A DNA stretch of 64,000 nucleotides from Octopus vulgaris (taxonomy: Eukaryota): positions 132,804,001 through 132,868,000 of the forward strand of contig OX597817.1 in NCBI GenBank assembly GCA_951406725.2, written 5' to 3'. Shown piece by piece: positions 14,336-27,892 of the stretch; positions within the stretch are counted from its first letter, which is position 1, and each line of letters opens with the position of its first letter. The position numbers and the translations under genes were made by a program. Below the pieces are notes generated by a model that ran no database searches, was not told the DNA's origin, and worked only from the letters and a program-made list of their open reading frames with translations.

Positions 14336-14715
14336 CGGGTGTATGTGTGTTTGGATATTTGTGCCTGTGTTTGGTTCCCCACTACTTGATAACCGGTGTT
14401 GGTGTGTTTTCGTCTCCGTAACATGGCACTTCGGCAAAAGACACTGTTGGCTTTAAAAAACGGTACAGGAGTTGATTCGCTCGGCTAAAAACTGTTCGTG
14501 GAGGTGCTCCAGCATGGCTGCAGTATAACGGCTGAAACAAGTAAAAGATTAAAGATAAAAGATATGGCATGAGTAACAAGCAGGCAAACTGAAATTTGCG
14601 AAATCTTTACTTTTGGCAGTGATTCTAAAAGGTTTCTGCTGAGGCCCCCAAAGCTAGTTGCAGATTCGATTTATAGTGAGCTAAACACTGCATAACAGCT
14701 TCGCCCATAACAAAG

Positions 14716-14884
<169 letters not shown>

Positions 14885-16583
14885 CGATTGGCTGACACAT
14901 CTACTATATCCATTCTTTTGTGTTTTCCTCTGTAATTGGCTCTCGTTCAACTTAGCGAAAAAAACATGAGCCAAATATTGGCTTTTATTACTCACAACTT
15001 TTTGTTGGCTTCTGAATAGAAGCACTCCCTAATAAGGAGGCCTAATCAGTTGAAATTAATTATATAACGACTTAATGGGAATATCTGTCTTGTTTCGGAA
15101 AGAACTAAAAGCACAGACATCTCATAACCAGGCTGCTGTTCGATATACAGTAATGAAATGATTAAAAATCAAAATAGCTATTAATAATTTCCGAAGAACA
15201 ACAAATAGATATAAACAAAAGCAACAGAGAAGATTTTCTTTTAATAACTGCAGCAAATAAAAGTGTAAGTTGAATTAGCGAAATAGTCATTATAAATATT
15301 GATTCTAGATTGAAGCAAGCAAAACTATTGGAACTACGAAAATGGTGAATAGAATTTATTTCAATATTACTGAGAGAGGTTAGATAGAGGGGGAGGAAAG
15401 AATGGGTTAGAGGGGGGAAAATGAGGAGGGAGAGGGAAATATAGAATGGGGATAGAGCGGAGGAGAAGAGAAGAAGAGATATAGAGGGGGATAGAGAGTG
15501 GGGAAAGGAAGGAAAGAGAGGGAGAAAAGGGAAGCGATAGACAGAAGTGAAGCGGAATATCAGGAAGCAATTAGAATCAGATCAGTTATTCTTTTATTCC
15601 GAAATATATTTACTCATTCTCCCAAAATACACAACATTTAACCTTTTGATTTCAGATGGTGTTTTTTTTTTGTTTTTTTTTCAATTGCTTGTACTTAAAA
15701 GCAGTCGATTGGTAGAGGTGGTAGAGCGTTGGATCAAGGGCCTTGTGATAATTATTGCAGCTCTTTACGTAGTGAGTTCAAATCCCGTCGAAGCAAGCTT
15801 TAACCTTTCATCGTTCTCGATTCGACAAAATTAAAGTACCCGTTGGATTGATTTGGATTGATGTCATCGACAAACACCCTCCCACATTGCCAGGGTATCC
15901 TGGGACTGACGTATGGGAAGGACAAAGTTATCCCCAAACCGAAGACATTACCCAATTGCTGACAACAGATAACTCTGCTAATTTCGGCCAAAGGTCAGGT
16001 GATGAAATTAAACTGGGCGACAAAATAGTTCTACCATTAATGAAAATGATTAAATCGTAGCCTAGGAGTTGTTGATGACAATGTTTAAATTTTCTGATCA
16101 TTCTACGTTGCCTAAGTAACAGATTTACGATGAAATGCATCATTACTTTTAATAAGTTCCGGCAGATTCGGAAATGAATGTGCTAATCGCTGGTGTGTTT
16201 TGTCATAGGGAAACCATTTCTCCATTACGACGAATGCTTTTTCCTAACACTGCATTCATTAGCGCAAAGGAGCTCTAGGACTGCCAGTGATTCGACAACG
16301 TTGTGTCTCTTCAGCCAGAGGCGCTCCTTGGACACAAGAGACTAATAAGAGTTGACGCTTTTGTTTATAATTTCAGTTAGCAAAATATATGCTGATGCCT
16401 GATATTTACCAACCGATACTAACTCATTATACGCACGGAGGACAGAGAAAGCCAAAACGATGCAAACTATCTATATAAATTATCTATTATAAAATGTATT
16501 TGGAATGTCATATAAATGTGTTTCTATTTAGTGTGAACACGTTGGACATCATGGAATGGCCAAATATGTTACACACCCATATA

Positions 16584-16644
<61 letters not shown>

Positions 16645-16647
<3 letters not shown>

Positions 16648-16851
16648 GGAGCAGGCACATAAATGTGAAGCAAGGTGGAAAAAAGACTACTCAAATACCA
16701 GAGGTAGAGTAATATGCTTTATTTAAAAGCGGCAGAAATATAACAAAAGCTGTTATATTTCTGCTGCTTTTAAATAAAGCATATTACTCTTCCTGTGGTA
16801 TTTGAGTACTCTTTTTTCCACCTTGTTTCACATTTATGTGTTTACTCCGGT
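16645..16851. mobile_element. Palindromic H1-family element in (TA)n (ribozyme deleted)
   Basis: ~100-bp inverted arms ACCGGA...TAACA / TGTTA...TCCGGT with a 5-nt loop; TA on both flanks. Confidence 0.8.
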
Positions 16852-17261
16852 ATATATATATACCCTCAGCCTAACCCACACCCCATCCTTGCTTTCCCCA
16901 CTCCCGCCTCCCCCACCGCCCAACACTCCACCACACACCACTACACCTTACACCACCATACCACACAACACATCACATCACATCACACCACCACGCACAC
17001 ACTAGCACTGACCACTTCCCAGACCCACATTTTCCCACCTACACATACACACACGCACACGTCATGATCACCAGCCCTCTTCCACACGCACACACAAACT
17101 CTCTTATACACACGCACGCACACCTTCGTTTTGGGATCACCACTTTGTTATCTCCCCTTCTCCCTAGCTCTCCTGAGTGACCCTTCTGTCCGGCCTTCAC
17201 CATGATAGATCGTTAGCCACTACACATTCTTCATTTTCTCTCCTTGCTTCTTTCTGTGTTC

Positions 17262-17297
17262 CTTTCTGTGGAAGATCGTAGGCTCGAAACGTTAAAG
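17262..17297 (+). ncRNA. Degenerate minimal hammerhead (family H2)
   Basis: cttt-CTGTGGAA-gatc gtag gctc-GAAAC-GTT-aaag; non-canonical core; downstream tail shared with 11360-11450(-) and 54130-54240. Confidence 0.45.
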
Positions 17298-17377
17298 ACT
17301 TTTTCACTTCCCGACCGTTAAACTAATACATCTGTTTGTTGTCTACACCACCTGTCTTCCACTTTTTTTGTGAATTC

Positions 17378-17424
<47 letters not shown>

Positions 17425-17596
17425 CGTAAGGGGGATCAGCCATCTGAATGTGGCTAGGGACAGGGCGGGGTGGCGGGGTGTTACTGATGCTTTTAGCCCC
17501 AGGCGATCATCGACGTCACCAGAAGGACCGACACCATCTCGGTGTCCTTGTTAGCCTGTAAAGGGAGATCATCTTCCCTCGAAGATACGAATACTA

Positions 17597-17639
17597 CATA
17601 CGGACCGGTTTCGAGGTCATTGTCTCTTATCAACGTATG
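17597..17639 (-). ncRNA. Type I hammerhead ribozyme, U3-A8 variant
   Basis: Minus strand: catacg-TTGATAA-gaga caatga cctc-GAAAC-CG-GTC-cgtatg. Confidence 0.75.
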
Positions 17640-17799
17640 GTAAGCACCGTTCATCGATGAAGGATTCCCTCTACAGGCTACATATATAAGGTTTTTCACA
17701 GTAACGGACGGTTTTTCTACATCAGTGACGGTGGTTACTGTGAAAAACCTTATATATGTAGCCTGTAGAGGGAATCCTTCATCGAGGAACGGTGCTTAC

Positions 17800-17842
17800 C
17801 ATACGTTGATAAGAGGCAATGACCTCGAAACCGGTCCGTATG
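17800..17842 (+). ncRNA. Type I hammerhead ribozyme, U3-A8 variant
   Basis: catacg-TTGATAA-gagg caatga cctc-GAAAC-CG-GTC-cgtatg; 6-bp helix I, 4-bp helix II, GUC cleavage triplet. Confidence 0.82.
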
Positions 17843-18061
17843 TAGTATTCGTATCTTCGAGGGAGGATGATCTCCCTTTACAGGCTAACAAGGACACCGA
17901 GATGGTGTCGGTCCTTCTGGTGACGTCGATGATCGCCTGGGGCTAAAAGCATCAGTAACACCCCCACCACCCCGCCCTGTCCCTAGCCACATTCAGATGG
18001 CTGATCCCCCTTACGTTATAGAGCAGTTACTGTTTATATCTCGTTCAGATATTTATTATTG

Positions 18062-18099
<38 letters not shown>

Positions 18100-19295
18100 T
18101 TTCTTACATTGATATAATGGGCTGCTCACCCAGCCAGCGGAGTGCCATGTTTCGAAAGTTAAAACGACGCAAAGGCTCATGCTAACTAACGACGTATAAC
18201 AGCATCCGATAGGCTGGTCGACCACGTGATCACATCAGTATAACAGAAAGCCTTAATACAAAGAGACCAGATGCGCATCACGAAGCTTTAAGCTTGTATA
18301 ATATCAGTAAGATCCATACGTCACACAATGTAAAAATTCTCATACAAAAATTACACCGCGCTGCCTGTCAACGGTATGTAAACGTTAATTATGACAAATA
18401 GATATTTATTGCAACTTAATGCTGTTTCAGTTGCGTACACCGAGTATTTATTCAGCTCGGCGACTTTCTGAAATATCAGTGAATGTAGTTACACTGTTTC
18501 CTATATTATAGAGAATGAGACGAGAGAATATGTGTTTTTAAGATGTCTCAAGGAAAGCGAAATGCGTCTGGCGTTCTCATGGGTCACTGCTGAGACGATG
18601 TTCGCTTCGGAGCTCCGATATAAAATGTCTTTCTAACACTGTATCTCTAGGAAGAGATTTTCTCTCAGTCAAAAACTATAGCATCATGCCAGTAAATGAT
18701 CTATATGTAGGTGAAGTATGGTATATAGATCGCATTTTCCTTCCCTCTATATGTTTCCCCCCATGATGATCAGGCCTTCTGCTAGGGTAAACAAATCTAT
18801 ATTGCGTTGCCCTCCCCCATTCTCTACAATATGATTGTTCAGACATTCCGTTTTACGCAATTTTTTCATTGTGTTCGCATCATTTAATAATGGCATTCAA
18901 TAGTTATTGTGTTGCAAAAAGTTACCGAGAAAAAGGAAGAGAGGAGAAATACAAGAGAAAAAAAAACTACTTCTAATTCGCTTTTTTTGGCGTTGCCTAA
19001 GCGAATACATACATACATACATACATACATACACACATACACACACATACATACATACATAAATACATACATACATACATACCTAATACATACATTCATA
19101 CATACATACATACATACATATATACATACATATATGCATACTTACGTACGTACATACGTACATACATAAATATATAGTTAATGTATTCAAAACGTATGTA
19201 TAGTATGTCTATATTTTATGTATATTTTATATATATGTACATTTTATGTGTGTGTGTAAGTGTGTGAGCATAAATGTATCACACACATACAGATA

Positions 19296-19358
<63 letters not shown>

Positions 19359-19509
19359 AGATATATATATATGCATACAAATATTTTTTATGATATAAAA
19401 TATATTTTATATTTCATATTGAGTTCTCTATCAGATAATGCTTCAATCAGCGTTAATATATAGCCATATATGTTAACCAACCATAAATTACGACATATAC
19501 ATGTGTGTA

Positions 19510-19546
<37 letters not shown>

Positions 19547-19895
19547 GTGTGCGTGTGAGAGAGAGAGCGCGCTGTGTGTGACTGTTTCCAATACGGTGTG
19601 CGCATGTGTAAGTGAGCTGCTAAATATGGCGGGAGAAGGCTCAAGCTTGTTTTTACAAAATAACTGCACGTTTCATATATTTACACAATTATTATTCTAT
19701 ATATATAGTTATTTCGCTGCTTTTTCATTCTCTTTATATCCTTATTTTTTATTGAGTACGTGTGTGTATGTCTGTGTGTGTGTATTCACATAGTATTTGG
19801 GTTACATATATAATATATATATATATATATACGTATGTATGTATGTATGTATGTATATATGTATGTATATATATATGCATGTATGTATGTATGTA

Positions 19896-19928
<33 letters not shown>

Positions 19929-20225
19929 TTGTTTCGTATTTCCTACAATATTTGGACTAAAATTGATTTACAATAAAACACGTCTACCAGTTATAAAAAA
20001 ATCACTTTTGCAAAGAAAATGGTTTTCATTGACCGCAAAAACAAAGCGGTATGCGTGTGCGCGCATGACTGTGTATATATGTGCGTACATTTGCTTGAGT
20101 GTGTGTTTGTGCATGTCCGAATATGTATGTATTGGTATATGTATACACGCATGCATAAGTCTATGTATGCATGTATATATATATAACGCATGTATGAAAA
20201 AATACATATATGTATCTATGTGTGT

Positions 20226-20271
<46 letters not shown>

Positions 20272-20583
20272 CATATATACATCATACGCATACACGCACA
20301 TAATTTACGTACTACATTTTGTTGATATGTATGTATACATATGTGTGTGTGTGTGCACTTATATATACATATATGTATGCATGTATATGTGTGTGTGTTT
20401 GTACACGCGTACGTGTGTGTATATGTACACCTCTATATACGTATGCATAAATCTATACAGTCAAAATAAATCGTTTCCTTGTAGTTTTATATGCGTGTGT
20501 ATATGCGTGTGTATATGCGTGTATATGCGTGTGTATATGCGTGTGTATATACGTGTATATGCGTGTGTGTATATGCGCATGTA

Positions 20584-20638
<55 letters not shown>

Positions 20639-20929
20639 AATACTAATGGCCATATTTTCGCGTGTATCTCCACACCCGACCATAAATCGATATATATGAC
20701 TTGCTGTCATTATCTTTTAAAATATTTGCAAGTGATTGGAAATAATTCAACAGAAAACGGACTTCAATTGATTCCAACGGAATTGGTTCCGATAAATATA
20801 TTAACGCTTCCAAAAAATGGTAAAATAGAGACCAGGACTGGGGACTGGGGGGGGGTTGAAGCAATGGTGTTTTTTTTGGTTAAGACGACTTGGTGCTACG
20901 TGAGAAGAGTTTTTGTATGGTGGCGATGG

Positions 20930-21720
20930 GGGTTCTGATGGTAGCGGTGGTAATTCTGGTGGTAGTTCTGGTGGTGGCGGTGGTATTAGTGGTGGTGATA
21001 GTGATGGTGATGCTGTGACGTTCCTGGCGATGGTGGTGGTGGTGGTGGTGGTGGTGGTTACGGCAATGGTGGTGTTTGTGGTAATGGTGGTGCTAATTGT
21101 GGTGGAGTTGGTGGTTGTGTTGGTGGTGGTAGTGGTGGTGCTAATTGTGGTGGAGTTGTTGGTGGCGGTGGTGGTGGAAGTGGTTATGGTGGTGGTGGTT
21201 GTGGTGGTGGTGGTGATGGTGGTGCTGATTGTGGTGGAGTTGTTGGTGGTGTTTGTGGTGGTGGTGGTGGTAATGGTGGTGGTAGTTGCGGTGCTAATTG
21301 TGGTCGAGTTGGTGGTGGCGGTGGTGGTGGTGGTTGTGGTGGTGGTGGTGCTAATTGTGGTGGAGTTGGTGGTGGCGGTAGTGGTGGAAGTGGTTATGGT
21401 GGTGGTGGTTGTGGTGGTGGTGGTGGTGGTGGTGCTGCTGCTAATCGTAGTGGAGTTGGTGGTGGAGGTGGTTGTGTTGGTGGTGGTGATGGTGATGGTG
21501 GTGGTGGTGGTAGTTGTGGTGCTAATTGTGGTGGAGTTGGTGATGGTGGTGGTGGTGGTAGTGGTGGTAGTAGTGATAGTAGTGATAGTGGTAGTGGTGG
21601 TGGTGGTGCTGCTGCTGCTGCTGGTGGTGATAGTGATGATGATGGTGGTGATGATGATAATGACGATGATAGATGAAGTTGTGGTACGATGGTTGTCTTT
21701 GATGGTAGCGTTGGTGCTGG
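20930..21720. repeat. (GTG)n-based higher-order minisatellite
   Basis: (GTG)n punctuated seven times by CTAATTGTGGTGGAGTT or close variants. Confidence 0.85.
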
Positions 21721-21977
21721 GGTTGAAGAGGTTGCTTAGTTTCCACGAGAGCTCTGACGAAATAGACATACATCCAAAAGCGTTCCACTCATGACTATCC
21801 CTGTAAACAGCTAGAAAGTGTGATTAAGGGAAATTAGGCTGATATTTCTACCAGTTTCTGCGAAAAATATACCGAATCAGTTAATGGCGTACATTGGTGC
21901 CGATGTTGTTGTTGCTGTTGATGGTGGTGGCGTTTGGTGAGAATGAGCGGAATTAATGGTGATGTCATTGGTGGCAT

Positions 21978-22029
<52 letters not shown>

Positions 22030-22137
22030 TTTGTTATTTGAAGTAGTGGTAATGGTGGTAGTAGTAGTAGTAGTATTACTAGTAAGATTAGTTGTGTTGC
22101 TGCTGAGCTGTATGGACTCTTGTATCATTTTATTATT

Positions 22138-22500
22138 TTCTTATTTGTTTCATTCATTTGACTGCGGCCAAGCTGGGGCAACGCTTTTAGTCGAACAAAT
22201 CGGCCACTAGTACTTATACTATCGGGCTCTTTTGCCGAACCGCTAAGTTACGGGGACATAGACACACCAACATCGGATGTCAAGCAATGGTGGGGGGACA
22301 AACACACACACACACACATATATATATTTATATATATATATGTACGACGGGCTTCTTTCAGTTTCCGTCTACAAATCTACACACAAAGCTTTAGTCGGCC
22401 CGGGGCTATAGTGGAAGACAGTTAGTTACCCAAAGTGTCACGCTGTGATATTGAACCCGGAACCATATGGTTACGAAGCAAGCTTCTTACCACACAGCCA
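22138..22500 (-). mobile_element. SINE family A copy
   Basis: Reverse-complement tail, core and head of family A. Confidence 0.8.
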
Positions 22501-22834
22501 AATGGTCCACTTATAAATATTATTCAACCCTTGTAGCACAAAGCTCAGCAAGATACAGAGGGACTGCGTGGCTGTGTCGTTAAGAAGCTCGCTTCGCAAC
22601 CACATAGTTTTGGGTTCAATCCTACTTCAAGGCACCTCGGTCAAACATCTACGGAAGCACCGGACTGATGAATGTCTTGTGATTTTGGTGGACAGTGTGT
22701 CTACCAAATCCACTCACAAGGCTTTAGACGGCATGAGGGACTGAACACGGAATCATGTGGTTAGGAACGAGCTTCTTACCACACAGCCACGCCTACACTC
22801 TCACTCTCTCTCTCTCTTTCTCTGTATATATATA

Positions 22835-22913
<79 letters not shown>

Positions 22914-23112
22914 GAAATAAGTAATAAGGATGTCCAGGAATCGGTGCATTACGGATGTTTCAAGCGGCTCCATTTAATCGACCAATACAAACATTACATC
23001 AATTTGACCTGGACATCCTTGTTACTTTTTATCCACTAAACTTCGAGTTGTGCGGACAGTACTGGGCTAACTTGGTGCCTCAACTTAAGTGCCTAATTGA
23101 ACTGAATCTTAA

Positions 23113-23155
<43 letters not shown>

Positions 23156-23156
<1 letters not shown>

Positions 23157-23403
23157 TTTATTATTATTAAAGTTACAAAAACATTATAAAAAAACAAAGT
23201 AATAGTTACAACAAAAAACTTCTACTCTGAGTTTTACGTTCCCGTTCGTCAGAAGGTTGTCCGACGAACGAGAACGTGAAACTCTGAGTAGCAGTTTTGT
23301 GATACTTTTGTGATGTTTTTTTAGCTTTAATAATAATAAAGCATATTACTCTATCTCCGGTATTCGAGTACTGTTTTTTCGTACCTTCTTTTTCATTTAT
23401 GTG
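23156..23403. mobile_element. Palindromic H1-family element with two divergent minimal HHRs
   Basis: Minus strand CTGACGA-acg ggaa cgt-AAAAC-tcaga-GTA (~23219-23255); plus strand tgt-CCGACGA-acg agaa cgt-GAAAC-tctga-GTA-gca (23258-23293); inverted flanks CTTTATTATTATTAAAG / CTTTAATAATAATAAAG. Confidence 0.75.
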
Positions 23404-23580
23404 CTTGTTTCAGTCATTTAACTGCAGCCATGCTGGAGTACCGCCTTTAATCTAGGCAAATCGACCCCAGGATTTATTCTTTGTAAGCCTACTACTTATT
23501 CTATTAGTACCTTTTGCCGAACCGCTAAGTTACGGAAACGTAAACACACTAGCATCTGTTGGGGGGGGGGGGCAAACACA
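23404..23580 (-). mobile_element. SINE family A 3' half
   Basis: CTTGTTTCAGTCATTTAACTGCAGCCATGCTGGAGTACCGCC..TTTGCCGAACCGCTAAGTTACGG. Confidence 0.8.
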
Positions 23581-23635
23581 CACACACGCACACACACACA
23601 CAAAAACACACACATATATATGTACACACACACAC

Positions 23636-23667
<32 letters not shown>

Positions 23668-24058
23668 ATGTATATATATATATTATATGTATGTATGTAT
23701 GTATGTTTATATATATATATATATATATACATACATGAGTGTGGTTTGTATGTGTGTAAGGTGGGAACCTTTTAGACTCTCCCTACCTTTACTCAATGAA
23801 ATGTTGAGAATGAGTCTACTGAACATTGTACCGTCTTGCCACACGACCGTTAGCTTTACCTACCGACCACAAAAGGACAAAAAAACAAAGCTGAACAGGG
23901 CGAAATTTGAACACAGAACGCAGGAAGTCGAAACCAATGCATCAAGGTTTTCTCTTCTACGCTTTTCACGCACCACTCCCTCACACCACCTTTCTCTCCC
24001 TCATATGTATATAAGCATGTCCATGTGTGTGTGCGTGTGTGTGCGTGTGTATGTCTGT

Positions 24059-24097
<39 letters not shown>

Positions 24098-24492
24098 TGT
24101 ATGTGAGTTTCTGTTCTTCACTAGACGGCTGTATCGGTTTTAAGAGCTGGAAACAAACTGTAAGCGACATCAGCTATATTTAACATCCGTCTCTAAATGA
24201 AACATTAACAGTTTTATGAGAGGCTCTTTTATGAATCAATTTGTTAAACGTCTTTTCATAAAGTCAGAGTGTTTTTAATTTGATGCCGTCTTTGAGTCTT
24301 TTATTATTCAGTAATTATGGAAATGTTTACCTTGCTAGTTTATCTTTTATGCCAGAAATCATATATGTGTTATGAAAGTATCTGTATTTGCATACGTATG
24401 TGTATATGTATGTGTGTGTATGTTTGTATCTGTATGTAAATGTATGCACACAAATTCGTACATATATATACACACACATAGAAGCACATGCT

Positions 24493-24578
<86 letters not shown>

Positions 24579-24692
24579 GTAATAACGAAAATGACTTGTG
24601 GGTGGAATTTTTTATACTATATTAACGTATTGCTACATACGTTTCTGCATACCACATGTTCATTTGTATGAATATTTTGTATTTATACTATA

Positions 24693-25074
24693 CTAGCAGT
24701 ATCGTCCGGCGTTGCTCAGGTTTGTAAGGGAAATAACTATAAAGCATTTTTAGAGAGTTATAACCAAAAAATAGCAAAAAAATGGAAAAAATTATGGTAA
24801 ATTTTTTTTGAGATTTAAAAAAGGTGGAGTTGCGTCCCCTAGACAGTTTGTGGTTCGTGTTTCTGATTCTCGACCCCATGTCGAATTTATCGATTTTTTC
24901 AGAACTGGGGGAACTTTTCAAAATTTTCGCTGCGTTAGTTTTGAATTATGACATTGGGCTATGTGTGTGTCAAGTTTCATCAGAATCGGTTGAAAGCCGT
25001 GGTCAGGGTGAGGGTACAAGCAAACAGACACACAGAAACACGCACAGACAAACTGCCGTTTATATAGAGAGAGA
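24693..25074 (-). mobile_element. Non-autonomous Helitron
   Basis: Minus strand begins TC(TCTCTCTATATAAA), has a GTCTGT microsatellite and CCGATTCTGATGAAACTT motif, and ends with GC-rich CCTGAGCAACGCCGG then CTAG; inserted between A and T. Confidence 0.75.
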
Positions 25075-25756
25075 TATCTTATATATGTACTGACTATATA
25101 TTTCCACCAAATTTTAACATAGAGACTAGTACAACATAACTACATATGTCGGGTGGTAACCAATTAGCTAGTGATTATTCTCCAGGGTAGAATTCGGGGT
25201 CCGCGTCGGTTGGTCACTAATCAGAAGGCTGCGCGTTTGTATCACGTCGGGGTCGCCAATTTATGTAGTGGAAATATGTAGTCAGTACAAGGTGTTGATG
25301 TGACTGCGAGTATGTTTTAACAATAGTTCATACAGAAACGAAAGACTAAATTCAAGACCTTATATATTTACTACTTAAAAATATATTTTCTTTACTGGTC
25401 GATGATGATACATGGAATCAAAATGTAGAATCTAGTTGTATGAAGTAATCTATGCAAGAAATTTCAGAGACAGAAAATGTAGAAATAACAGCTAAGTGGT
25501 GGTTTTAAGTTTATGTGGTGTAGAGAAATAGACGGACATAGCAATGAGGGGAATGGTTCTAAGTCTAATTGATTAAGAAGCGAAAAAGCAGGGTTAGAAA
25601 GCTGTTTATAATAATGGAACGCTAGACATTCTAGACTTTCCAAGTAAATTTAAAATAACAATCAAGTACTTGGGTCGATGCAATCGACTTCTCCCTTCAT
25701 TTCAAAATTGCTGGCTTCGTGCCAAATTTCGAGACCATTATTATTATTGTTGTTGC

Positions 25757-25808
<52 letters not shown>

Positions 25809-25842
25809 GTTATTGATATTGTTGTTGTTATTATTATTATTG

Positions 25843-25920
<78 letters not shown>

Positions 25921-26125
25921 GAGTGAGAGAGCAGACCATGCCATCAAAGTGACACTGGGGTAAAATATACGAAGCCCAGTATACCGATTATGGCAACCAC
26001 GTCCTATATGAGTACACCAGGCACATGCATTACAACCATATGTGCGCGACATGGTGATCAAGTTAAACAGCACATAACCTTGCAGGTGGGTCCCAGTTAT
26101 ATATTTTCTTCAGGTCAAATAACCT
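25921..26125 (-). repeat. (TAA)n-associated repeat (same family as 3057-3490 and 46278-46380)
   Basis: GAGTGAGAGAGCAGACCATGCCATCAAAGTGACACTGGGGTAAAATATACGAAGCCCAGTATACC is shared with 46278-46345; flanked by (ATT)n. Confidence 0.6.
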
Positions 26126-26159
26126 ATTATTATCATTATTATTATTATTATTGTCATCT

Positions 26160-27041
26160 TTTCTTCTTCTTTCAAATTTTCTTCCATTTCTTGCCGAGTG
26201 TCTTCCCGACTCCTAGGGCAAAGAAACTCATAGTATACATTGGTAGGCCATTAAACTAAACTCACTAGTTCGTCCTTTTTTTTTTTAAAGTTAAATTAAA
26301 ATACATGGGTAGTAATAGTTCTCACATCGACAATGCTCTTCTCAATACGTGTGATGTACCAGTTAAGACAATCTTTTGCACTTCCTGCAGGGATGGTAAG
26401 CCTACGATCACTGGTATTGTAACCGCCTTGAGATGCCACATTTTCTCAATTTCAATGAGCAGGTCTTTATATTTTCTGAGCTTGTCAAACTCTTTCGCCG
26501 AGATATTATGATCACAGGGGATGCTCATGTCGATCAATATGCAAACTTTATTGTTTTGGTCTTTCACAACAATATCCGGTTTATTGGCTTTGATGGTTCG
26601 GTCTGTATGTACTGGAAAGTCCCACAAAATCGTTACATTTTCTCTTTCAGTTACAGCTTCAGGGTGGTGATTATACCACTTGTCGGCAGTTTTGATATTG
26701 TAATGCCGACTTATTAGCCAGTGTAGATATTGGCCAACTCTGTCATGTCTTAATTTATACTCCACTGGTGCTAAGACTTTACATCCAGAGATTAGGAGGT
26801 CCACTGTTTCAATCATGTCGTTGCAGAATCGGCATTTTGGGTCTGCTCCATTTTTCATCACATTGGCCTGGTAGTTCCGGGTTAATGGGCTTTGATCTTG
26901 AGCAGCCAGGATGAAACTTTCGCTCTCTGCTTTTAGCCCTAAGCTCCGTAGCCACTGATGGGTTTGCTTCTGGTCAACATCAGCTTGTTTGCTACGGGCC
27001 ACATATTTGCCGTGCAGAGGTTTCTCCTCCCCACTTTTTTC
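26160..27041 (-). mobile_element. R4/Dong-type non-LTR retrotransposon 3' part (CCHC knuckle plus restriction-like endonuclease)
   Basis: ORF 26322-27134: CRFC..ETVDLLISGC..RHDRV..KPDIVVKD..LIDMSIP..KLRKY (C-C-H-C with H replaced by L; PD..D..K REL motif); flanked by (TAA)n; the ORF N-terminus is microsatellite. Confidence 0.88.
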
Positions 27042-27042
27042 G

Positions 27043-27097
<55 letters not shown>

Positions 27098-27133
27098 CAT
27101 GATTGATCATCGTGATCATCATCATCATCATCA

Positions 27134-27350
27134 AAGTGGTGACCTGGCAGAGACGTTAGCACGCCGGGTTGAATGCGTTGCAGCATTTCGTCTGTCTTTA
27201 TATTTTGAGCTCAATTTCCGTCAAGGTTACTTTGTCTCTCATCCTTTCGAGGGTCATTAAAATAAGTACCAGTTGAGTCCTGGGGTCAAATTAATCAACT
27301 AGCCCCTCCCTCAACCCCCCAAAATGTTTAATCTTTGTTCTTGTAACAGA
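27134..27350 (+). mobile_element. SINE family B copy
   Basis: CTGGCAGAGACGTTAGCACGCCGGG..CTCATCCTTTCGAGGGTCATTAAAATAAGTACCAG. Confidence 0.75.
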
Positions 27351-27449
27351 AAGGATTATTAGTGTATCATCATAATTTGAACTAATATGAGTATCATCAT
27401 TATGGTTGCTATTGTATATACTACTGCTGCTATTGATAATAATAATAAT

Positions 27450-27492
<43 letters not shown>

Positions 27493-27669
27493 GCGATAAT
27501 CCTGTATAGATGGATGACGCTCATCAATATTCCGACTCCAACGATATCTAGGCATTTTTGTAATAAAATTCTCGTCCCAAATCGTTTTAGTAGATAATCT
27601 AGAGGTGACGTGGGGGTGAGGGAGAAGCGGATTCGCTTACTCGCATCCAGCTAATTCGTTGGAAGAGAA

Positions 27670-27861
27670 GATGACGAAGAAGAAGAAAAAGAAGAAGAAG
27701 AAGAAGAAGACGAAGAAGAAGAAGAAGAAGAAGAAGAAGAAGAAAAGAAGAAGAAGAAGAAGAAGAAGAAGAAGAAGAAGAAGAAGAAGAAGAAGAAGAA
27801 GAAGAAGAAGAAGAAGAAGAAGAAGAAGAAGAAGAAGAAGAAGAAGAAGAAGAAGAAGAAG

Positions 27862-27890
<29 letters not shown>
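27670..27890. repeat. (GAA)n microsatellite, ~70 units
   Basis: Read directly from the sequence. Confidence 0.95.

Positions 27891-27892
<2 letters not shown>

Larger units (their letters stand above)
17422..18019. mobile_element. ~600-bp palindromic HHR element adjoining (TA)n
   Basis: Arms 17422-17705 and 17734-18019 are near-perfect reverse complements with a 28-nt spacer; mirrored ORFs in the track confirm this. Confidence 0.9.

Noticed and set aside
17493-17946. Twin 68- and 73-aa ORFs on opposite strands
   Set aside because: A mirror artefact of the palindrome; non-ATG starts and no recognisable protein.
18100-18360. GC-richer segment after (TA)n with GTTTCG and CATCAG motifs
   Set aside because: No GUH after GAAAC and no helix pairing.
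21090-21540. Regularly interspaced repeat resembling a CRISPR array
   Set aside because: The spacers are (GTG)n of variable length, the context is eukaryotic, and there are no cas genes.
22919-23027. 20-bp inverted repeat containing GAAAC-AUCC-GUA on the minus strand
   Set aside because: Only the 3' half of an HHR is present. It is probably a truncated member of the system but is not called as a ribozyme.
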